From Pecten maximus (taxonomy: Eukaryota), in contig NC_047025.1 in NCBI RefSeq assembly GCF_902652985.1, positions 27,342,001 through 27,406,000 of the forward strand: a stretch of DNA of 64,000 nucleotides, written 5' to 3'. Position 1 is the first letter of the stretch. Each line of letters begins with the position of its first letter. The notes below the pieces were generated by a model. The model was given only the letters and a program-made list of their open reading frames with translations, searched no databases and had not been told where the DNA came from. The position numbers were made by a program, and so were the translations under genes. Positions 38,601-52,700 of the stretch are shown here, one piece after another.

Positions 38601-40664
38601 TACAATAACATATACATATCATATCTATGTATATGCTGCACGGTAATTACATTCATTGTGGAATTTATTTTCGGGGTTTGTGTATTTTAGCATACCCCAC
38701 GGTGATTTTGTTCTGTGTAATATTCATTTTCGTGATTTGTATACCCTTTTATGCTACCGACACAATATTTTATCACAGTGTATAGTGTTCATAATCTTTG
38801 TAAATATTTATTTTATAGGTTTAGGTTTCCTGTAATATATTTCTCGATCATCCATATTTTAAACTAACTCTTTTACAGAAGGTCTGAATTTTCAACAAAA
38901 TAATCCATAGATAAAGCGTGTAGAGTAAAATCAAAACAAAGGTAAGATTTACCGTCATATTTTACCATAATATAGGGGAATGTCATCGTGCACAAATTCT
39001 CATTAAGTTGATTGTATTTTGCGTGTGATAATTTTATTTACTGACCTTTGCAGTATTTGTCATATATGTAATACATTTTTTTTTTTTTTTTTTTTTTTTT
39101 TTGTAATACATCAACTGTCAGTTAACCTGGTCACGTGGCAGCGAAATCTATAACAAGCCTTTATTATCTTACCTGTAAATATTACCGTACCATCACCAGA
39201 ATTATCGTGCCTATTGGGAACATACAGTTTGACTGACGTTTCATTATACTTGTAAACAACGCCTCCATACACTCCTGATTTGTCATCATCACGTTGAGAG
39301 GATCCAAGTCCGGGGAATACGAAGTTTGTGTCACTACCGCTGATTGGCCTAACTTGGATATCAACCTTGATGGGAACTTGTGTGATGTTGAGTTGTATGA
39401 TGGCCTCTGAGTGGACAGATTGTGCTTTAAGTTTGACGTAACTGCTGACGTAATTTGGCGGTTGGAGACACGTCCCACATTTTATAGTTGCGTCTGATGA
39501 TCAAAACGAAAACAGTATGGCATCATAGCGACAACACATGTAAACATCTATCGGTATCATAGCAACAATACATGTACATATATATCGGTAACATAGCAAC
39601 AGAAAATGTATACATCTATCGGTATCATAGCAACGACACATGCACACATATCTCAGCATCATAGCCACACAAAATCGGTATCATAGCAACGACATATGTA
39701 CGCGTCTATCGGTATCATAGCGACAATACATGTACACATCTATCGGTATCATCTTAGCAACACATGTACACATCTATCGGTATCATCTTAGCAACACATG
39801 TACACATCTATCGGTATCATAGCAACGACATATGTACGCGTCTATCGGTATCATAGCGACAATACATGTACACATCTATCGGTATCATCTTAGCAACACA
39901 TGTACACATCTATCGGTATCATCTTAGCAATACATGTACACATCTATCGGTAGCATAGCAACGACACATGTACACATCTATCGGTATTATAGCAACAACT
40001 CGTGTACACATCTTTTGGTATCATAGCAACAACACATTGACACATCTATTGGTATCATAGCAACAAGATATGTACACAACCATTAGTATCAAAACAACAA
40101 CGCATGTACACATCTATTAGTATCATATCGACAACACATGTACACATCTATCGGTATCATAGCAACAACACATGTCGCATCTATCAGTATCATAGCAACA
40201 GTAAATATACACGTTAACCATCATATCAACAATGAATACTACAGAAAATATACATGTTAAGACAGCCATGATGTATGTAAAATGTATTTTAAGTTAGGAG
40301 AAGGCTAACTAAGTTGTAAGAACTTGTGCCTAATCCTTTTTTTTGTCATTTTAAGGCAATGCAATATATCTAAACCAATACTACATAATCTTGATATACT
40401 ATACATATTTATTTCATTTTAGATAAGTTTCAGTGTTGTCTTACTGTCTTTTCAGTCCTCTACTTACGGCCTTTGGCGTATAGGGCAACACACATTATTA
40501 CGTAATTAAAAGTGTCAAAATTAAAGAAATGGCATAGAGATGTTGCTGATCGAAAATTAGAGAAAAAAAAAGTGCAGTTATTAATATTAGATAAATAATG
40601 GTAGTTGTTTACCTGTATGATAAATAGAGGCTATAAAGACACTGTAGAAGGCCACTTTGTCCAT
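29644..40664 (-). CDS. Gene B: uncharacterised type-I membrane protein (~694 aa): signal peptide, three ~120-aa repeat domains, S/T/G-rich stalk, TM helix, (IDNGSPP)n cytoplasmic tail
   Basis: Exons 40664-40613, 39493-39173, 38587-38453 (GC donor), 38114-38010, 36948-36841, 35941-35730, 35163-34884, 34188-34003, 33601-33392, 31872-31742 (TM LVATASILSAAGCLGGLIFGLL then KKKAKKKRK), 29988-29644 (stop TAG). Total 2085 nt, in frame, with all phases matching. Confidence 0.8.
29690..29880 (-). repeat. 21-bp coding repeat (IDNGSPP)n in the last exon of gene B
   Basis: Tandem GGAGGACTTCCGTTATCTATT units on the + strand, read in frame as IDNGSPP on the minus strand. Confidence 0.85.
30860..31760 (-). 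repeat. 39/45-bp tandem array (22 units) derived from the gene B exon-intron junction; open reading frame VDPE(LE)V(R/K)HSVSIPK
   Basis: ORF 30827-31927 continues the TM exon through the whole array. Each unit contains GAG|GTAAGA, GAG|GTAAAA/G or (once) GAG|GTACGA. Confidence 0.9.
32054..32876. repeat. 13-bp minisatellite (AACGTCTAAGCCT / AACGTCTAAGTCA)n
   Basis: Tandem array inside a gene B intron. Confidence 0.95.
39520..40200. repeat. ~33-bp minisatellite (ATGTACACATCTATCGGTATCATAGCAACAC..)n
   Basis: About 20 tandem units in the first coding intron of gene B, next to the acceptor. Confidence 0.9.
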
Positions 40665-42218
40665 AATCCGAGAGCTCCTGTTGGAACAATCTGTTTCCTT
40701 GAGTTGACTAGCTTTATATCTCCTATATTGATAAACTTTCGTCCATCTACTCACCTTATGTGATAAACCCCGTCCAAATTGTCACTGTGTCTCTGTAATC
40801 TACTTCTGACTCGAGTACTGGCGATTGGTGATAACATTGTCATCAGAAATGTCATTCTACTTTAACCCCGTTTTTATTGGAAGTCGTGAGCCATCTACTG
40901 TATAGTAGTTATATGTGATATTTAATATTGCTGATTTATCTAGGAGATTACTGGCCTGATTTATTGAAAATATTTCATCTCATTTTCAATTTTTTAACAC
41001 ATGTTAAACTCACTCAGTCTATAAAACATGGTAATATCATAATACATTGCCTACTGGAAGTTTAGACATAATGCTGAGGATTAAGTTAGTCCGACGGCAT
41101 GCATAGTTTTTGTATGACATGTAGTTTCGCAAAAGAAATGGGGATATGAATCAAAAAGAGGAAGCAAACGACAAACACCTGACTTTTAGTTCAAAACCTC
41201 CCCAGTACCTTACTAGAACTACAATCGTGAAAATGATATTAAGTAATCGTAAAAATAAAGATTATGTCAGAAAACATGCATTATGGCGTTTCAGTAATAT
41301 CCCATTGCCTTAATTCACATTAGAATGTATCAATTTCAAAGCCGTTACACTCAATCAATTTATTTTCACACGATTTCGTTTAATTATCCATACATGTACG
41401 TGAGTTTAAGTTAACACCCCAGAGTTAAGAGGAAACCCTCTGAAATAACATCATCAATGTGTGTTTCAGCATTGAATGTCGAGATAACTACTGTAGTTTA
41501 AAACCTACCAAAATAGAAACTAAACAGGAAGGATGTATCCTTACAGAGAGTCCTACATGTCATTGGAACGTAAATTACATTAATTAATTCGACGTTCATA
41601 CTATAGCAGTTTGTTTAAAGGGTATTTAAGGCGAGCATTATTTATAACTTAGTTACATTTTTGTTTTTTATATGATTAGCATTTAGCCTAATTAACCCAG
41701 CTGTACAACTGGGACTTGTCACTACGCTCGTAAGTAGTCCTCTCTTTACTTACAGTCATCGTAAGGACTGTCTGTCTAACTAATTGTATATGGAGTCTCA
41801 CTATGAAATTCTCATGAAAACTTTTGATAGGAAACAAAATATCCCAATTCATTTTAAAGATATATGTTTTTGCAAAGTCGCGACGGCAAAATCGAGAAAG
41901 TAATTTCGTGTGTTCGCCATCGCGTATACGACATAAACGTCTGGCTAAAGGAGCCTCTGTCAGTCGGCATGGGAAATATACGGTAGGGAAATAGTCGATT
42001 CCGAGAGTAAGTAGTAATATTATGATTGAAATGATCGTGCTTTTATTTTATTTTTTAAATCAAATCCTTTCCTGAATAGATGACCCACGTTAATGATAGA
42101 GATCCCTTTATAGAAGGTCACCTGGTACGTTATGATGGTAGAGAGCAAGAGTATGATATCGATATCTCTGAGGTGGCCATTTTCCTGCCATATATTTTCC
42201 CGCCTGCTATGCTTGCGC

Positions 42219-43014
42219 GAGTGTAGGACAAAAGCCCCCCCGGACATTAGCCCCCCCGGACATTAGCCCCTAGGACAAAAGCCCCTCCGGACGAAAGCCC
42301 CCCCGGACATTAGCCCCCCCGGACAAAAGCCCCTTCATTATAAATTTAGCTGGTATACTTTATATAAATCTGTACTTTTGAAAAACAAAAACTGTATATA
42401 TACTGCTGTTTTTATCTCTGAAATTTGTAATATACTGCAAATATTGATAATCAAAGAAATGCCTACAAAACATGTTGCTCTGTGTTGTAATTTTAATTTT
42501 AGGAATGATTAAAATCAAAGAAACAATATAAAAACAATTTATACCTGTGCAAACATAGAAATTTCACTGTTGATACACATGAAGCCATTAATGATATATT
42601 TCCTTCGAGGAGAATACAACATCAATGAAAAACCTACCAAACACCTGTGTAACAGCTTATTGTTTATGTAACAGTAAAATCAATGAAAAACCTACCAAAC
42701 ACCTGTGTAACAGCTTATTGTTTATGTAACAGTTCAAGTAGTTGTTTACATTGCAGAAGCCACTGGTGACTGAAGTCACTTACATATATATGTAGCACTT
42801 AATATAACCACTGCTAAAACATATATTGTAATTTAAAAAAAAAATGAATAAATAAAAACATAAAAAAATAAAAAAAATAAATATAATTTTTTTTATGAAG
42901 GGGCTTTTGTCCACTTTTTGATTAGTGTGAAGGGGCTAATGTCCGGGGGGGCTTTTGTCCTAGGGGCTAATGTCCGGGGGGGCTAATGTCCGGGGGGGCT
43001 TTTGTCCGTACCTC
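42219..43014. mobile_element. MITE with sub-repeated TIRs (GGACAAAAGCCCCCCCGGACATTAGCCC) and 8-bp TSD
   Basis: TSD GCTTGCGC at 42211-42218 and 43015-43022. Inverted GC-rich arrays at 42226-42334 and ~42900-43007. Internal ~55-bp direct repeat at 42620-42733. Confidence 0.85.
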
Positions 43015-44389
43015 GCTTGCGCATGGTCCTTAGTTCGAAAAGGCAAAATCGCTAAATAATTTCGAGATTTTGTTGTCGGGTTTTCGCGATTTCGACCTTA
43101 AGTTGAAATAGCGAGATTGCGAGATGGTCCTAACCAGTCACCATATCTTTAAAATGAATTTTATAAAAATATTTCATTCAAAGTCGATTTTTTGCTGTGT
43201 ATATAATTTTACATCTAAAAATAAATTTAATAGTGCAAAAAGCATTGATTAATTGAGAAATTGTCATTCGTTGATATTTTAGCCATAGTAAATCACAAAT
43301 TTTTCGTCAGTTTTTATTTTCACAGGGGTGGCGTACATAGATTTGGCGAGTATCTACGTTCACGTAAGATCAATACCATGTGTTAGGAGATTAACAGTTT
43401 ACAAACGGATGACCTGTCTATTTGACCGATTTCTCTACTTCGTGTGGCCTTATAGAAGATAGGTTACATTACTATAGCATTGCTTTAATATGAATTTAGA
43501 ATTTGAGGGAAAATGAAAATTAATTGTTCACCAAATAGATTAATCTGAATACTAAATGTTAAATCATTTTTCTTTCTTCATGAAAAAAACCCCATTTACA
43601 TTATATTAATATGAATTTAATTTGTTTCGTGATCAACAAGTTGTGTTCCTGACCTGGTTGGACGTCGCCCATCATGAAGTGCCCGCTGGGTTTAAAGCCG
43701 TAGTTCGTGTCACCAGAAACACCTAAACCGCTAACAAATACTACATATCGTATAGCAAATCTATAGGCTTGTGTAACTAGTGTGCATTCCTTGGTCATCT
43801 CGGTGCCCATAGTTATGGTGCTATTGTCTTGTTTATAAATCAAATGAACTCCTATCATTATTCCAAGTAATGAATTGCTTGAAAAGGAACTTAACTGTGT
43901 GGGGGGACCGACAGGTACACGTATCATCTGTCGAATTCAGAGCGACATGAAAACTTACCCGATGTCAAGTTAAATAACGTGTATGGAGTACTTGTTATTG
44001 ATCTTATAACCACATTTTATTTGATACCTGTCCATATATGGTGTACCCAAAGTATATAAATCTTGATTATCAATTTCAGAATAAAAAAACCCATCCTTGA
44101 TATTCTATCCTTCTACATAACGAGAATGATTTGGTATACTTTCTTATAATTAACCTGTTTCAATAGAATTTTATAAATGTAGGATGTGTTTAACTGAGTG
44201 GTTGTTTTGCTTTTTCTGGCTGGCTCAGATGTATCTGCACAATCTCAATGTCAACCCGATATTATTGTCTTCTAGAAGCCCATGTGATGAAGAATCTAAA
44301 ACTTATGACAATTTGTTCACAGGTTATGGAAATAAACAAATTTCTTTCGTAAGGTCGATTTTAGATATTGTAAATTTTCAGGTCTCGAG

Positions 44390-45320
44390 CATATCACTGA
44401 CGAGTCCTAGAAGGCCAAACAGCTGTGTGATGTCCCTCACATCACTGTCGAATCCTAGAGGGTCAAAAAGCTGTGTGATGTCCCTAACATCATGACGAGT
44501 CCTAGAGGGTCAAACAGCTGTGTGATGTCCCTCACATCACTGTCGAATCCTAGAGGGTCAAACAGCTGTGTGATGTCCCTAACATCATGACGAGTCCTAG
44601 AGGGTCAAAAAGCTGTATGGTGTCCCTGTCATCACTGGCGAGACCTAGGACAAACAGCTGTATGATGTACTTATCTTCACTGACGAGTTATAAAATGACT
44701 TTACATAAGAGCCCAAACAGATGTATGATGTCCCTAACATTACTGACGACTCCTAGAAGGCACAACAGCTGTACGATATCCTTAACATCACTGTCGAATC
44801 CTAGAGGGTCAAACAGCTGTGTGATGTCCCTAACATCATGACGAGTCCTAGAGGGTCAAAAAGCTGTATGGTGTCCCTGTCATCACTGGCGAGACCTAGG
44901 ACAAACAGCTGTATGGTGCCCCTGTCATCACTGGCGAGACCTAGGACAAACAGCTGTTTGTGTCCCTGTCATCACTGGCGAGACCTAGGACAAACAGCTG
45001 TATGGTGCCCCTGTCATCACTGGCGAGACCTAGGACAAACAGCTGTTTGTGCCCCAAGCATCACCAAGAGACCTTGGACAAACAGCTGTATGGTGCCCCA
45101 AGCATCACCAAGAGACCTAGGACAAACAGCTGTATGGTGCCCCTGTCATCACTGGCGAGACCTAGGACAAACAGCTGTTTGTGCCCCAAGCATCACCAAG
45201 AGACCTAGGACAAACAGCTGTTTGTGCCCCAAGCATCACCAAGAGTCCTAGGACAAAAGAGCTCTATGATGTTCTTGTCATCACTGACGAGTCGTAAAAG
45301 GACTTAACAACTGTATGATG
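44390..45320. repeat. ~42-46-bp minisatellite (GAGACCTAGGACAAACAGCTGTATGGTGCCCCTGTCATCACTGGC variants)
   Basis: Tandem degenerate units. They account for the ORFs at 44184-45251. Confidence 0.9.
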
Positions 45321-46732
45321 CAGTTTGATTCATTATTCGGCATCTACTGTATTCCTACATCAAAAATATTTTTTGATGAGTAACGAAAAAGGAAAACTTA
45401 AATTTCGATCTTTTCCTGAAGTTTAAAATTTCATTACAGGGGCATCAGATTTTACTCAGTACATGCACCTCCTAAGGTTTAATCTAAGGCTGTGATACTT
45501 CTTACTGTTTAAGCGTATTTGTGTCTTTGATTTCATTGTAGACAAGACAATGGTATGAATAGCACATTTAGCTATGCATTTAGCAATACAATATATAACG
45601 AAATATGAATTACACTGCATCATAGTTAAAAATATTAAGTTTTTTTTTTTATTACTAAATCATAAGTTGACAAATATAAAAGAGTTAACTAACGATTTTA
45701 TTGTTAAAACATGTGTAAATAAATTCATCATGACATGATCAAATCTAAATACAAAATATCAATGAGACAGTGAATATTATAATTGACTACAAATTGAGAT
45801 AGAACTTTTTCTATAAAACTTACCCAAAACAAAAACAAACAAAAAATTGTTTGATTATTTTCAATATACCTGTAAATGCTTTAAAAAAACCCCACATATT
45901 TAACCTTATCACAGAAAAAAGGCATTTCTAAAAACGATAGGCATTATGCTTATTAGTGACTTGTACCACAAGAGCCCATCTATAATGCATAAATGTGTAT
46001 ATGTCAAATGTATATCAAATACAAGTATATCACAGAAATCTTGGTTAAAAAATAAAAGTGCAAAAGTCAGAACAATACTGAAAACGTTTTGAATATCTAT
46101 CAGCAAATTAATCCAAATGTTTCCTGTGACAAAATATTCCTAAGACCGTACATTGTTGTTTCAACATTGGATTGCTTTACAATCATGTCTTTGGAATGCC
46201 TTGTCCCACAGAACATTTCATGGAGATTTAATAAGAAAAAATGATATATGTATACATGGCACTTTTTTTCTTCAGAAATAGAAGGAATATGATTTTTTTG
46301 ATATTCTGAAACTCATTTTTGAACATTTCTCCAAGATTTCTGTTGCTGACCAAACAAGTTTTAAAAACAACTGGCTTCAAAGTAAAAAAAATCGTTCTTG
46401 GAACAATGCATCTCATTTCATCTGTCACATCCCCGATTTGTTTCTCAGCTATTATCAACAAACAAGATGGTTAATTGTACAAATTGAAATCCTGATTTCC
46501 TCCAAGTCGTGCCAAATTTCACCTTAGATTCAATACTTTTATATTCATGATTTTTGTACTTGCTCTTTCATTTTTTTGCTCTAAGATGCAAATGTTGCCC
46601 ACAGAAATAAATGACTACTAATTACAGAGTTTTTGAGAATCTTTTTTTCCTGTTGAAGATTTCCAAACTGCCATATTCAGCACACAGGAAATGTGAAGCC
46701 AGAGTTTGCTCTAATGATATAAAGTTACATAT

Positions 46733-49700
46733 TTAAAATAAATCCTTCAGAATATTCTTTGCTGTAGGTTTCCATGTTTTCATCTGTCTGATGCTGAAAT
46801 ATCCATATTTGATACTCCCGTAGCTATGTTTGCGGGTGTGGCCATAGGCAATGCCTTCCTCATTTGCCTTATGGGTCTGTACCAGTTTTTGCCCTGCAAA
46901 TGATTATTGAAAGTAAACATCAAAGACATTAAACATAGGAAAAATACAATAAATTACCATCAATTAAAGTGTATTGTGTTCTAAAGCTGTATTAACTTTG
47001 TTTTTGTTTTTTTCCAGTTTGAAGTAATAAAACCCTTGTTACTATGTTTCTGTCAATTACTATAAGTATGCATTTTGCAAGTAGTGTCCAACATAAACTT
47101 TATTTACAAAAGTTCTTGGTATCTTGAATCAGGATTTTGTTTACTCAACATATATGCTGGTAGCTTCCTCAGGTCTTCCCATTGCAATTCAAAATAAAAT
47201 GCACCATGCCCATGGAAAGCATTTTTATTAAATATAATTCTTTCCCATCTCACCCACAAATAATGAACAGAAATACATGTGAATGAGCAAAATAAAGTGC
47301 AAGCAGAACCATTCATTCTACACATTCAGTTTACCGATGTTGAAAGTTACCTTTTTTAAAGCGGAGGTAGTCATTATCTGAAGAAGAGTGTGCCACAAGA
47401 GCTTTCAGTGGTCGAGACTGTTCCAGGGGTACACCATGGTTTGTGTATTGACCTGCGTCTATCTGGGGTCTGTCCTGTTCCATCATGTTCACAGACACTT
47501 GCTCTTCAGCATTATTCACCCATCCTTGCCGAGTTACACAGGGTGGTGGTGCATCACCTTCATCTGAATCTTGGGGTGGTCTAGGGAGTTTCCGTTTCCG
47601 TTTTCCCTCATGCTCAACAGGTTCTGGTGAAGTTTTTCTGTTTAGTTCCTGCACAGTAGTAATTTCATCCTGTTTTACAGCTTTCCTTATTTTCTTGGTC
47701 TGTCTTGGCTTTCCCACCTCTTGTTTGGAATTTTGGTTGCCAATGTTTCCTCCTACAGTTCTTGCAGGTTTCTTGGCATCCTCATCGGAACAGTTGTCAT
47801 CTGTTGTTAAACAGGATAAGAGAAAGAATAAAATCACCATAAGAAACTACCCTTAGAATTTAGTTACTTCAATAGACATATTACAGGTTTATGTATAGAG
47901 TATCACTGCTTGTTAAGCATTTATTTAATTTTGTTTTATCTTAACTTGTTTAGAAATAAGAATACTAAAATCCAATGACACTGACTCAATAATTAATTGA
48001 AATGCAAACAATTATTTACATATATAATTGTTTTCATGTGATATATTTATATACTGTATTATTACATGGTCCACAACTAAAAAACATCACACCATCTTGG
48101 ATCTACCCTAACATGCAGAAGAGAACATACATGTTGTCTAAATTGAACAGATCCAACACAAGACATCCAAGCAATTGTCATTGGAAAAAGAGAGGACAGC
48201 AAGCCTTAACAGCTATCTGATCATAAATGTTTATAGAGGGAGAATGATGACTTTGATATTCACACCTCTTTCAGCAAAATTAAATGAAGAATCTGTCAAT
48301 TAGGGTTAAGATTTGGTCAGTAGTGGGTAAATTATACAGTTTTGTACAGTCATCAAAAAGCATTGAAAGTCACATTTGAACTAACTTCTCCTATTGGGAA
48401 CTCTCATCTTTGTGCCTAGAGGTCAGATGGCCTAAAAAAGGCTTCTTATTTTTTTTACCAATAGTTACCATTTGAATCATAGGATGAGGAAGGTGTTGAG
48501 CAATTCTCTGTATCCTGTACATCTACAGTTTCTTGAGATTCCAAAATGGGCTTGTAAACTGGTTCTGGAGCTAAAGTTGTCTCTGAAAATCCCAAATTTT
48601 TAAGCTGCTCCTGAAAACCATAGAAAATATTCATGTGCAATGTTGCCAAGAGATCATTAAACAGACATACCTTAATTTTAACCTTACAGTATACAAATAT
48701 ATATAAATCCTGAGATTTCAACCCAAAGCTCTCTCTGGGTATGTTACTTGTCAAGCCTCTCTGACAGGGGCTTTAAACATTCCTATGACCCAGAATGAAA
48801 AATTAACCCCAGGGTCTTTCCCCTATATCACTAATTAATTTCATAGGAACATACATGTATCATTATCAATCCCCTTTGCCTCTCCATCCCAATATTTAAC
48901 AGATCCTTTAAATCATAGGATCAGCTGCTAACCTCCAACCTTTCTATTCCAATAAATATCAAGAATCATACATCTTAATATCTCACTTTGTTTTGTGTGT
49001 TTTTTCTTTTTTAATTTGACATACATCAATTATGGTGGAAAGGAATTATCACAAAAAATCCTTAAAAATTAACTTTTTTAAAATGTTACACTTGGGTAAA
49101 TATTGGTTAACATTACATGTATATGGTTTCTGTGAACTTACTGCAATGTCTGGAAATTTGTAGACAATGACATTATCTTTGCTCTTCAGTGACACCTTCT
49201 GGACCTCAATGAATGTTGGAGATAGGGAAGACATCAGGTCATATGTTGACTGTTCTTTTTCATTTCTAAACCAAAACATTAAAAACCAATTAAAAATTTA
49301 AAACACATGAATAATTGAATTTTTAGTGCAGACTGTAATTATATAGATGAATATGAGCTGTTGTAAGGTTGTAAACTTATAAAATAAGCATGTATTAAGA
49401 TTGAAAAGTGTGCAGTGGGAAAATGAAAATGAAATCATACCTATTAATCTCCTGTTGGTTCAAGATTCCAACAAATTTGGTCATAGCAGCATTGCTAACT
49501 TTTACTCGTTCCTCGTCAAAGCTCTCTATTTCAGCTGCTATCTTTGTCATACCCTGTCATTAAATATACAAAAAACTATAATAAAAGTGTTTACAGCTTT
49601 ACATTCTCTCTATTAAACAAGAAAATACCATGATATACTCCTTAACAAGTTTCTCATCATTCACTAATATATGTTAGTGTGAATGGGAAGGGACAATATG

Positions 49701-52700
49701 TTGATGTGATCATATCGGTGAGGAATAGGGGATGGACAAATAAAGTGCTAGTGAGGTCAGTGGGTCATATCAGAAAGGGTAAAAAATTGATGTCAGTGGG
49801 TTCAGATGAGAAAGGGGTGATAAACTGATGTCAGTGGGGTCAGATGAGAAAGGGATAATATGATGTCAATTGGATTAGATGATAAAGGGATGCTAAATTT
49901 ATGTCAGATGAAAAGGCACCAGTATATAGATGTCAGATGAGAAGGGGACAATGTAAATATCAGATTTGGGAAGGGGCTAGTGTATTAATGTCAGATGAGA
50001 AGAGAACAGTATATTAATGTCAGATGAGAAGGGGACAGTGTAGATGTCAGATGAAAAGGGGGTCAGTATATTCATGTCAGATGGGAATGGACTGGTGTAT
50101 TCCTGTCAGATGAGAAGGGGCCTGCTTTATTGATATCTGATGAAAGCTGTCTTTAAGTAACCTTAGCTGTTGACAAGACATTAAACAATAATAAACCAAA
50201 ATCTGATGAGAATTAAGGTTCTAATATATTGGTGTCTGTGGGTAATCATATACAGGGACCTTCATTGTACTGTTAAATCCTCCTCATATCATACAATATC
50301 AGTGAGGATGTTAAGAGGTCTATGTTATTTCATTGAAAATGACAGTGATATATTGAAGCCAAAAGACATTTAAGTGATAGAAGTGATCATATTCTTTAAC
50401 CATGGCATTAATATATTAAGGATAGAATTTTACCTTTTGAAGGCTTTTTCTACTTTCAGCTTCTTCTATAATAAGTGCCTGGCATTGTTGGAAGGATTTG
50501 TTAAGACGATTGATCAAGTCCTTTTCCAGCTCTCTGAGAGTTCTCTGCTCTTTGATGTCACGAGCTGATACTTCTACATCCATACTTATAGTAATCTGCA
50601 GTGTGGCTTGAACATTTCTCAGCTTCTTCTGGCAAGTTTCCAGCTGTCCACGTATCTTTGTCAGTGTCTATTTTATAAATAGAACAAATTCTTACCACGT
50701 TTATTCACAATCTTTGTTATAATCAATATTATATTCAATAACAAACAAATCTGAAGTAACCACATTTGTTAATTGTAAAAAACAGTAATGGAAATACATT
50801 TTTTTTAACTTACCTTTTTCTCCTTTTTTAGAAGTGTGAGTTTACTGGCATGGTCATCACGAAAGTTGGAATACTGCTTCTTCAATTCTTCTGGCTTGGT
50901 TTTGGTTGTGGGGGCATCCAACCACCTTAAAAAAAAGAGATACTAGAGAGTACAAAAACCTCATCCAAATAAGGAAAATTCAAACCGACACACTGTACTA
51001 AAAAATATTGTCAATGCTCCCAGTTCCTTTGACACTGAAAAAACCAAGTTAAATTTTTCATCAGACCATTTATGACAAGAAAGAAATTTCCCTTAATCTT
51101 ACCTTTTCATCATTTCATATGGTCCGTCAACTTCACGTAATTTGGTAACCATGTTCTGTTGGAGCAGGACAGAGCTTTTCATGTAAGCCTGGTACTTCTC
51201 CGTGAAATTCTCAAACATGGGGTAATTTGATGCTGCGAATAATACAAAACTATGCTCAGAGTGGAACTTAATTTCAATAGTTTTATTTAATACTGTTTTC
51301 TCCTTATTTTGCTGAAATTTTAGAAGCTGAATCTCTAATCTTATGTCACTGTTTCTTCAGGACATTACAATCACATCAGACCTGAAAAAATATACATGCA
51401 TTTCTCATAGCCCTACAGATCCTTGGCTATAGTTTTGTGCCTACCCTAAAGCACTTTGGTCATTTTCAAGGAAGAACTTAAAGTCAAAGTCAAGAATCCT
51501 GGTCTATATAACCTTTAAAAAGAAATCCTCACCTTCCCATGGTATTTTTTTTCCTGCCATAATACACATGACATCTATTATTTGTTTAGGCATTGATCAG
51601 AGTTTTTTTAGGAAAAAATCTTCAAGTTCACTTCACTGAGACTTAAACAGAAAATTAAATTATAAATTATTTTAAGTGAGACCCTCAAAAAAAGAGTTAT
51701 CTAAAATACGTATATGTAAAATATTTGAACATAGACTGCATAAATAACAGTTTATAAAAAAAATCACTTGGTGTGTGTAGGATATATCTTTAAGGGAAGC
51801 AACTCTGTATGATTTGAAGGATAGTGAGGCTTTTGGATTTTAGACTACAGCTATAGCGCAGTTAGTGACTAATGGCTAGTATATTTTGATATCAAAATAT
51901 TTCCATTCCTTGGATAGTGGCGAATGCTTGGTTGTTTATTCAAAAGTTTCAAAATATTGAGAAAATGTTGATATAAATTAATGCTATTCTTAAACTGTTA
52001 CTTTATATCAGACTTTAATAAGTGTATGTAAAATAACTCTTCATGTACAAGGAAATAACATTATTTGGTATTGTCAATATAACTCGAAATCATAAGTTGA
52101 AATAAAATGAAACATTAATAAAAGAGAAAGATTTTGTTTCAAGTATGACTTTGATTGAAAATATGTGAAAAAGTCACGACTTCAAGAGTTAAAGAGGGCC
52201 TAGATCTATCACTTTTTTTTTTAAAACTTTTGCAATACACAAAGTACTTACCACTTTCATTCAATGATTTCAAAGTAGCATTATTTTGCTTTTCCATAAG
52301 TTGCAGTTGGGATGATTCACATCCCAGTCGGTCTTTGACAATGTGCTTAATCTGCACCGCTATGCTGAAATAGTTAAACAATAAATATCCTAGTTATTGA
52401 ATTTATCAATCCGTTTCCTAATGAGTCATACGTTTTATATTCATGGCCTTCTATTACTTCACGAAGCTATTTGAGAAGTTCGCTTCTCAGAAGTAATAAC
52501 AATTTTCTGACACAATTTTCTGAGTGGTCAGAGTTTTGCAAATAAAGTAAGAAATCCTAAGTTGAACTCTTTATAAAGGAACCATAGGCCTGGTTAGTCT
52601 GGTAGGCCTAATGCTACTGAAATACTGTTGAAAAAATGATGAATTTATCATCTTGTTCAATGATAAGTTTAAATGGGCTAAATTAAAAAAAAAATATATC

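Noticed and set aside
43601-43927. 108-aa minus-strand ORF / possible exon upstream of gene B
   Set aside because: No recognisable motif and no convincing in-phase partner exons. It could be a UTR exon, but this is unsupported.
44184-45251. Ser/Cys-rich plus-strand ORFs
   Set aside because: Translations of the ~44-bp minisatellite, with frequent frame changes and stops.
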